Of a stretch of DNA of 64,000 nucleotides, positions 55,301 through 64,000 are shown piece by piece. The position numbers were made by a program, and so were the translations under genes. Within the stretch, counting starts at the first letter, position 1, and each line of letters starts with the position of its first letter. The stretch comes from the human T2T-CHM13v2.0 reference genome, Homo sapiens. The stretch lies in assembly GCF_009914755.1 (NCBI RefSeq), contig NC_060926.1. One strand, given 5' to 3'. The notes beneath the pieces are model-generated. The model worked only from the letters and a program-made list of their open reading frames with translations. It had not been told where the DNA came from and searched no databases.

Positions 55301-56154
55301 TTTGTTCTCATTGGGTTCAAATAACTTCTTGATTTCTGCATTAATTTCATTATTTACCCATGAGTCACTCAGGAGCAGGGTGTTCAATGTCCATGTAGTT
55401 GTGTGGTCTTGTGTGAGTTTCTTAATCCTGGGTTCTAATTTGATTGCACTGTGGTCTGAGAAATTGCTGGTTATTATTTCAGTTCTTTTGCATTTGCTGA
55501 CGAGTGTTTTACTTCCAATTATGTGTCAATTTTAGAATAAGTGCCATGTGGCAGTGAGAAGAATGTATATTCTGTTGATTTGGGATGGAGAGTTCTACAG
55601 ATGTCTATTTGGTCCACTTGATTCAGAGCTGAGTTCAAGTCCTGAATATCCTTGTTACTTTTCTGTCTGGTTGATCTGTCTAATATTGACAGTGGGGTGT
55701 TAAAGTCTCCCACTATTATTGTGTGGTAGTCTAAGTCTCTTTGTGTGTCTCTAAGAACTTGTTTTATGAATTTTGGTGCTTCTGTGTTTGGTACATGTAT
55801 ATTTAGGATAGTTAGCTCTTCTTGTTGAATTGATCCCTTTACCATTATGTAATGCCTGTCATTGTTTTTAACCTTCGTTGGTTTAAAGTCTGTTTTGTCA
55901 GAGACTAAGATTGCAACTCTTGTTTTTTTGTTTGTTTGTTTGTTTGTTTGCTTTCCATTTGCTTGGTAAATTTTCCTCCATCCCTTTATTTTGAGCCTAT
56001 GTGTGTCTTTGCACCTGAGATAAGTCTCCTGAATACAGCACACAGATAGGTCTTGACTCTTTATCCAATTTGCCAGTCTGTGTCTCTTCATTGGGGCATT
56101 TAGCCCATTTACATTTAAGGTTAATATTGTTATGTGTGAATTTGATCCTGTTAT
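52366..56154 (-). pseudogene. L1 ORF2 (endonuclease / reverse transcriptase), disabled
   Basis: Fragments: EN (CCIQET...IIVGDFNTPLS...HGTYSKID), RT (TGTRQG.PLS...LFADDMIL), C-terminal ([16 protein letters not shown]). Start ATG mutated to ATA at 56154-56152; multiple stops and frameshifts. Confidence 0.95.
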
Positions 56155-56218
56155 AATGATGCTAGCTGGTTATTTTTGCACACTAGTTGATTCAGTTTCT
56201 TCATAGTGTCATTGGCCT

Positions 56219-57230
56219 TTATATTTTGGTGTGTTTTTGCAGTGGCTGGTACTGATTTTTCCTTTCCATATTTAGTGCTTCTTTCAGGAGCTCTTGCAAG
56301 GCAGGCCTGGTGGTGACAAAATCCCTCAGCATTTGTTTGTCTGGAAAGGATTTTATTTCTCTTTTGCTTATAAAGCTTAGTTTGTTTGGATATGAAATTC
56401 TGGGTTGAAAACTCTTTCCTTTAAAAATCTGAATATTGGCCCCCACTCTCTTCTGGCTTATAGGGTTTCTGCTGAGATGTCCACTTTGAGTATGATGGGC
56501 TTCCCTTTTTAGGTGACCTGACCTTTCTCTCTGGCTGTCCTTAACATTTTTTCCTTCTTTCAACCTTGGGGAAACTGATGATTATGTGTTTAGGGTTGAT
56601 CTTCTCATAGTATCTTAGTGGTGTTCTCCATATTTCCTGAATTTGAATGTCAGTCTGTCTTACTAGGTCAGGGAAGTTCTCCTGGATAATATCCTGAAGT
56701 GTGTTTTCCAACTTGGTTGCATTCTTCCCGTCTTTTTCAGGTACTCCAATCAATTGTAAGTTTGGTCTTTTGACATAGTCTCATATTTCTAAGAGCTTTT
56801 GTTCATTCTTTTTTTTTTCTCCAATCTTGTCTGCATGCCTTATTTCAGCAAGATGATCTTCAAACTCTGCTATCCTTTCTTCCACTTGGTCAATTTGGCT
56901 ATTGATACTTGTGTATGCTTCATGAAGTTCTCATGCTGTGTTTTCCAGCTCCACCAGGTCATTTATGGTCCTCTCTAAACTGGTTATTCTAGTTAGCAGC
57001 TCCTGTAATCTTTCATCTAGGTTCTTAGCTTCTTTGCATTGGGTTAGAACATGCTCCTTTAGCTCAGCACAGTTTGTTATTACTCACTTCCTGAAGCCTA
57101 CTTCTGTCAATTCGTCCATCTAATCCTCTATCTAGTTCTGTGCCCTTGCTGGAGAGGTGTTGTGATCATTTGGAGAAGAGGCAATATGGTCTTTTGGGCT
57201 TTCAGAGTTTTTTCATTGATTCTTTCTCAT
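56219..57230 (-). pseudogene. L1 ORF1, disabled
   Basis: ATG at 57230 with an early stop (MRKNQ*). Fragments IGVPEKDG...LENTLQDIIQENFP and FQPRISYP.KLSF...TTRPALQELLKEAL. Confidence 0.93.
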
Positions 57231-59309
57231 CTCTGTGAGTTTGTCTAGTTTTGATCTTTGAGGCTGGTGACCCTTGGATGGGGTTTTTTGTGGGAACTCT
57301 TTTTGTTGATGCTGTTATTGTTGCTTTCTGTTTGTTTGTTTGTTTGTTTGTTTGTTTTTCTTTCAATGGTCAGATTCCTCTTTTGTAGGGCTGCTGTGGT
57401 TTGCTGGGGGTTCACTTCAGGCCCTATTCATCTTGTTTGCCTGGAGATGTCACTTGAGGAGGCTGGAGAACAACAAAGATGGGTGCCTGCCCTTTCCTCT
57501 GGGATCTCTTACGTCAAGGTGCACTGACCTGATGCCAGTAGGAATGCTTCTGTATAGGGTGTCTGACAACCCCTGTTGGAGGGTCTCACCCAGTTGGGTG
57601 GCACAGGGAGCAGGACCCATTCAATGAAGCACTTTGACTGTCCCTTGGTGGAGAGGGTGTGCTTCACTGGGTGGAAGCCCACTCGTTTGGGCTGCCTGGA
57701 TTCCTCCAGTAAATTTTTTTAACCAATTTCTAATGACTTCCATAACAGGAGTTAGCTGAAAATACCTACTGTAGGCTGGATATACATATATATGCCATAT
57801 ATATGCATCTATTATGCTTAATCTAGCCACATATATATCTCTAGCCTACATGTATGTGTGTATGTATATACATGTATATATGTGTGGATGGGTAGATAGA
57901 TTAAGCATCATAGGGGCTTCTCCCTTTTTATTATTAACTACTAAAAGTATATTATGCACAATTATACACACTCATGTGTTGAGTACTTTATAAATTATTG
58001 ACAACAAATTTCTTAACATATTTTCACCTACCACCTAACTTTAGCTAGGTACTAAAAATAGGGAAACAAAGTTTATTATTATAGGAGGTAATACACACCC
58101 AAAAGACAACTATATTATAGAAAATCATAAAATATGCTCCAAAGGCACCAAAATTTACATGGATTTTATCCTTTTTATGTATATTTTTTCTCTGTCAATC
58201 TCCATTAAAGCAGTAAGTTGATAGTTTATGGGAAATAAAATTCTATTTTTCTCTATCAGGCTTTCATGTTGCCAGTCTTAATTGATCACTATTTTAGAAA
58301 GATGGCAGCCCCCACTTTAAAGCTAAGAAACGCCACTGGGTATGGGGTGAAATGTTGCTTTAAACATGCTCACAACCACATTGTTGTTTTCATAGTTTGT
58401 CATGGGGTAAGGTAAGGAACGGAGAAAGTTAAGTACCTATTACAGTGTCAGCAGACATACTACTGAGATGAATCTATTTTGACCTTTGTTCACATTCCAT
58501 CTGCTCTAGTGACTAGGGTGAGTTCACAGGTTTACAATGAGTCAGGCTTCATTTACATTCTCAAAAATATTTGCAGTTTGGAATATTTGACAGTAACACA
58601 CCCCGAGTGTGGAAACTAAGTGACTGAGGATTTACTAAAGATGTTGCTTCAAGCGATGAAGGTGATCAAGTAGGGCTTGTGCACTAAAAGTACCTCAGTG
58701 TCATGAGGCAGCCCCTGAACCAACCATGTCATCATACAATTGCCCCCTGGCCAAATCATGACATGTTCCCAATAGAGATGAAATCAATTAAAATAAATAT
58801 CAAGAGCAATCTTGAGAAGGTGATAAACCACAAAATTCTACCTTCTAAGTAGAGGTATACACAAAGGAGAAGAGGATTACTCCCTTGCCTTGAGGATGAA
58901 GTGGAAATCCAGGGAGAGCACAGATGGCAGGGATAGAACTACACTTCCAGGCTGATAACTGCAGGAAAAACTCTGTCTTTAGGGTCAAATGGTAGAAGCA
59001 CTCCCTTCTCCTTTAGTGCTCCCTAGTCGCAAGAACCATCAAAAGCAAATGGAAGGAATTGCCCCTACACCAGAAACAGCAAATCACTCAGAGAATCCTT
59101 ACTGAGTGACTAACCCTCCCAAGTACCTCCGAAGGTGCTTCATCTTAGTCTCTTTAGCTGGTTCCCCTCATTTGTTTGATCTCTAAACGGAGGAGGTTTC
59201 AGTTCTTAAAAATTTCTTTATAATCTATAATTAACTTCATTTGATACTTATTCAGTCCCAGAGTTTTCAGTATTGTCTGTTCATAGGATAAAAATTTTTC
59301 AAATTTTGT

Positions 59310-60270
59310 ATAGCTCTAAGCTCTTCATTTAAATACAAACTTACCTACTTAACATCTCCACCAAATATCAAATAAGCATCTCAAACTTATCATATCTCAA
59401 ACTTATTTCCCCTTCCCAGCCTATCCATTCTGTAGTCTAACTTATTTTAGTAATCAGCACATCCATTCTGCTGTTAACTAAGCCCAAAGTCCTTGAAGTC
59501 ATCTTTGGTTTCCCTCTTTTCTTAACAAATCCTTCAGTAAATGTGTCAGTGCTTTGCATAGGTCCAAAATCCAACCACTTCTCAATGCTTCCACAAACTT
59601 CATCCAAGCACAACCATCTCTTGCTTAAACAGTTGCATCAGGATCCTAGCTGATCTCATTAGTTCTATACCTTCCCCACTACAGACAATTCCACAGACAC
59701 AGTAACCAGGGTGATGCCTCTAAGACATAAGTCTGCTCATGTCACTCCTCTACCGAAAACCCATCAAAGACTCCCCATGTCTTTAGAGTAAGATCTCAAG
59801 TGTTTGCCAGGGCATATCAGGCCTTACTGATCTGGACTCCCAGAGCTCTGCCTTTCACTCTGCTTTCCACCAACTCACTCCGGCGCACACACCCCGGCCT
59901 CCTTGCTCTTCCTTAATCACTGCAAGCTCACTCCTGCTTTGGGGTCCTTGGACTTGCTAGTACCTCTGCATAAAATGCTCCTCTACAAAGATGCTCCTTC
60001 CTTCAGATCTCTACACAAAGGTCATCTCCTCAAAGAGGCTTTTGGTGATCAGCATGTATCCCTCTTTTCTGGCTTTATGTCTCACTAGAGTACTTATCAC
60101 CATCAGACATATTTTGCATTGTTTATATTTTTATTATCTTTCTCTCCTGAATGGAATGTTAGATTTTTGAGCACAAGGATTTTGTTTATTATCATTACCA
60201 CATTGTGCTCAGAACATACGACAATACCTGGAACATAGAAAGTGTCCAATACATATTTTGAATGAATTAA
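59310..60270 (+). mobile_element. L2 (L2a-like) 3' portion
   Basis: acatctccacc...taagcatctcaaactta...aagtccttgaagtcatctttg...tcatgtcactcctct...ccttcagatctct...cctggaacatag...caatacatattttgaatgaat. Confidence 0.85.
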
Positions 60271-62211
60271 CATATCAACACAGCTCCTGTCTTCAAGGAA
60301 CTCACCAGCCAGTAAGGGAAATCATTATATGCACAGCTAGCTATAATGCAAGCCAACTGGGATTAAACAGATTATGGAGTAGCACACACAGGAGACAAAA
60401 TTAATTCTAGCTGGGGTTAGAGAAGGGTCAACATTTTCTCACGTACACATACATTCAGATATACACATGAGTATTTAAATTAGGCTGAAAGAAGTAAATA
60501 AGATCTCAACAAGAAGAGACATGGAGACCAGCATGGGCACAGGGCAAAAACTTGAGTGTTTAAATGATCCTGAGTGGCTGCCATCTGGAAGCTAAGTACA
60601 AGGAAAAGGAGAAGAGGCTGGAAAAAAAGAGTAAGCCAGATTTTTGAGGGGTCTTGAATGCAACGAAAGGTGATACTGTTTTGTGCAGCCATGAAATATT
60701 TGTTAAGGAACTCCTTTTGGCCAAACTCTGTGCTCAGTGCTGGGAATGTAGAAATGACATCCCCAGTCCGTGTGCTCAGGAAATATACAGCAGAGCACAG
60801 GATATGCAAATGTGAAGACCAATGAGTGCCATAATGTGTTATGAGTGTCATAGCAGCCACCTGAGGGCAACATGATGAAGGAGTAAGAATCCTATAGTGT
60901 AGAGAGGAACTTCCAGAAAGATCTTATGGAGGAGGACAGGAGTCAAGGACTTTTGAGATGGAGATTAAAATAGTGGGCTCTAAATTTTAGAAAGATTGTA
61001 CAAATTAAGGTAGGCAATTAATCAGAAGGGAGAAAGCCTGGGGGAAAAAAGATGCAACTTTCTTCTGGGTAAGTATTAAAAGCCTAATCAAATTACCTTA
61101 CCTTAGACCTGGAAAGATATCTTAATCCTATCCCCTGTATTAGTGTGTACTTACCTTCCCATAAATTTCCTAAAGATAAACCAGTCTCATTTGAGTAGAA
61201 GGAAAGATGATTAAAATCCTCCTACTTGGTGATATATTACATTTCTCTTTAAATTAAAACATGTAAGAAATCTAGAAAAAGCTGTGAAAAAATTATGAAG
61301 GCAAGTGCAGAAGAAGAACAATGTGGACCAGTATTTCATGTGTAATGACATACAACATGGTATTATGTTGAATGGTCTTTAAGAAGGATGTAATTACATC
61401 ACAGCACCATCTTTTATGTACATTACTTGTGTACATTACTTGTATATTCTCAATAACCAAATAAAAAAAGAACTTGCAATATGCTCTGTTCCCATCCTTC
61501 TGCAAACCCTCTTCAAGATTTCAAGATGTTAGTTCTGACAAGTTCAAATCATAATCATGGTAATTAGTATTTGACACTTACAGCCTCTTCACCAACAGTA
61601 CATGTTGTTCATTTGTCAACATATAGTTTCAGTATAGAAAATATTTATCATATATAAGAACCATATTTTGAGCCATTTAGGAACATTTTGATAATCTAAA
61701 CATACTGAAGGGTGCTTCCACCACTGATTTTTCCCTATGAACTATTTCTATCTTGTTAAGAAGTAATTTTATAAGCTAAATTAATTTTCAAATTTCTGTG
61801 TTTGTTGCATTGAGTCTATCAGAATTATTCTCTGACTCACAGAAATGGAGTCACAAAATTGACCTGCTGACTTTAAAAAAATTAAAGTGAGTTAATGTAA
61901 TTCTCATATATATGAACACATTATGTGTCAATTCTCTGGTCACTACAAATACACAAAAAAGGATATATCACTGTTTGATGTAACATTCTGTATCTTTCCC
62001 CTTTTCTATAAAACCTAAGTACAGCCCAGTGATATTGTTATACAGATACATATTTTCTCATGGTAATTCAAAGCCATTGCATCTCTCTGCTTTCTTACAA
62101 TAATTACTTTAGTTGGGATGGCATAATAAGACTTCTTCTCTAGACCAGCATGGATATTTCCTTAGACCATTGGAGTCAGGTTCAAGGTCAATGGCACCTA
62201 CATTCATTAGC

Positions 62212-62573
62212 TGTATTACTCAGTCTTCACACTGCCAATAAAGACATACCCAAAACTGGGTAATTTATAAAGAAAAAGAAGTTTAATGGACTCATAGATC
62301 CACTTGGTTGGGGAGGCCTCACAATCATGGCAGAAGACAAAAGGCACATCTTACATAGCTGCAGACAAGAAAGAATGAGAATCAAGTGAAAGGGATTTCC
62401 CCTTATAAAACCATCAGCTCTCGTGAGACTTATTCACTACTACCAGAACAGTATGGGGGAAACCGCCCCCATGATTCAATTATCTCCCACCAAGGCCCTC
62501 CCACAACACATGGAAATTATGGGAGCTACAATTCAAGATAAGATTTGGGTGCAGACACAGCCAAACCATATCA
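62212..62573 (-). mobile_element. THE1B-like MaLR solo LTR
   Basis: tgtatta...aataaagacataccc...ctgggtaatttataaagaaaaaga...gatttgggtgcagacacagccaaaccatatca, with TSD ttagc / ttatc. Confidence 0.95.
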
Positions 62574-63469
62574 TTATCTAATTGAGAAGAAACACAAGCA
62601 TGAGGTATAGCAACCTTAACAGTAGTTGTAAGTTAAAGAGTTGTTTGTCATCATGAATTTAATTTTAGAATATTTACAATCTGCCCTGCTCTGTTAAGTA
62701 GGCTCAACAGGTATAACCACTTTGATGCCTATTTATTAGGATCTGTGTATCTCACTCAGTTTCTCTCTCAAAGTCACCAGGGCTAAAAACCAGCCAGTGC
62801 ATGCCACCATCTCTTCTGGGTAGGCAGCCAGATATCTAGGAGTTGGTAGCTCCTAGGTAAGCTTTTCTGACCGCAGTTTGGCCAGGCACTCTCATAAGGG
62901 AGGCTGCGAACACACGCTCGTGGCCACTTGGCGGCTTCCCCACAAACATCAACTGGAGACTGCATGGTGTGTAACGTCACAGTCCTAGAGTTCTGGGATT
63001 TTACAAAGCAATCTGATAGAGAGCTGATCAAAACAAACCATGAAAGTAAACAATAAGATAAATATACTTGGAGAAATGGGATTAGAACCTATTCGTGAAA
63101 AACAGTTCTCCCTGAAGCAGAGTCCCAGGGCTTTTTTGTCCCGGAATTATCTGATACATTATTGCAGTCTGTAGGAATGACTATAAAGTGTATGATGGTA
63201 AAAATGAGTGAAAACAGCACAAGCCTGCAAGAAACTTCAATTGAATTGAAATACACAGAGGGATTAGGTCAGAGAAAGATAAATGTATCTTTAAGCAGTG
63301 TGTGCCTGAGAAATTATGCATGATCAAAAGTCTTCCCACAGCCCCACTTATGACTAAACATCTTCAGCACAAAGAAAAGTACAAACAGGTACATTTCTGT
63401 ATTGCAAACGGAAATGAATAGTTCTCTATGTTTCTTTACCTTCTTACATTTGTATAGTCCTTTACCGTT

Positions 63470-63665
63470 TTTTTTTTAAACTTTCACAAACATTATATCC
63501 TTTGATCCTTACAACAATCTGGTGGGTAGGTAAAAGTTAAAAAAAAAAAAAAAAAAAAAGATTTGAGGAAGCCAAGTTGCAGACTTGCTTAAAAGACAGT
63601 GTCCTTGACTCCACTCACCAGCTCACTAAGTTCCAGGCTGCTGGCAGTGGGATGGAGCTGGGCAA
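63470..63665 (-). mobile_element. MIR fragment containing an A-run of about 21 nt
   Basis: ctttcacaaacattatatcctttgatccttacaacaat...gtagg, then poly-A at 63539-63559, then tgaggaagccaag. Confidence 0.55.
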
Positions 63666-63694
63666 GATACATTGTCAGAACAGAAGGCACAAGA

Positions 63695-63759
63695 TGTGTG
63701 TGCATGTGTGTGTGTGTGTGTGTGTGTGTGCATCTGTATGTGTTTGTGTGATGTGTGTG
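63695..63759. repeat. Imperfect (TG)n microsatellite
   Basis: tgtgtgtgcatgtgtg... Confidence 0.95.
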
Positions 63760-64000
63760 ATTGCCAACTTTTTGCCTTCCAAAACAAACTCAAAAAATGT
63801 CTGAATTTTCTATGACCTCAAAAGACCTGTTATCTATTTATTCTCCCTTTAACAAAAATAAAATATAGGCATGCAAAGAACATGGTACCATGAATACAGC
63901 CTGGTGTGAAATCTTAGGAAAATGCGAGGAAATAGAATAGTGCTCAACTTTTAGCCAATGTGAGATATGAAAAATATTCATGCAGTACATATTGGTAGAA

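Larger units (their letters stand above)
52138..57706 (-). mobile_element. Near full-length L1PA (about L1PA10-like), 5'UTR truncated
   Basis: Poly-T at 52138, then 3'UTR (aggttttaagccctgcatgcattagctatt), ORF2, ORF1 and partial 5'UTR. ORF-track peptides match L1 ORF2p and ORF1p. Confidence 0.97.

Noticed and set aside
52138-57706. Active L1
   Set aside because: The promoter end of the 5'UTR is missing, ORF1 has an early stop, the ORF2 start is mutated and both frames are broken.
63539-63559. Orphan poly-A as a solo retrotransposed tail
   Set aside because: No convincing TSD; simple slippage inside a MIR is sufficient.

Overview
This is primate (hominoid, probably human) nuclear DNA that is AT-rich, CpG-depleted and intronic or intergenic. 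I recognise no protein-coding gene, and there is no prokaryotic system (no CRISPR array, operon, rRNA or tRNA). Roughly half the window is interspersed repeat: four dimeric Alus and three Alu monomers, a 5.6-kb disabled L1PA on the minus strand, several older L1 fragments, MaLR/ERV LTRs (MLT1, MLT2, THE1, a MER83/MER50-like solo LTR), hAT MITEs, MIR, L2 and L3 relics. There is also a full-length U6 snRNA retrocopy. Most ORF-track entries are repeat-derived or chance. The most notable signals outside the repeats are a near-consensus SOX-OCT composite site (8197-8211), a perfect DR5 element made by micro-duplication (28695-28711), a pre-miRNA-sized hairpin (39840-39897), interleaved inverted repeats beside the L1 5' junction (57770-57913), several candidate unannotated exons, and multi-level nested insertions. 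None of these is demonstrably a new biological system. Repeat subfamily names come from remembered consensus sequences, and boundaries of old elements are approximate.
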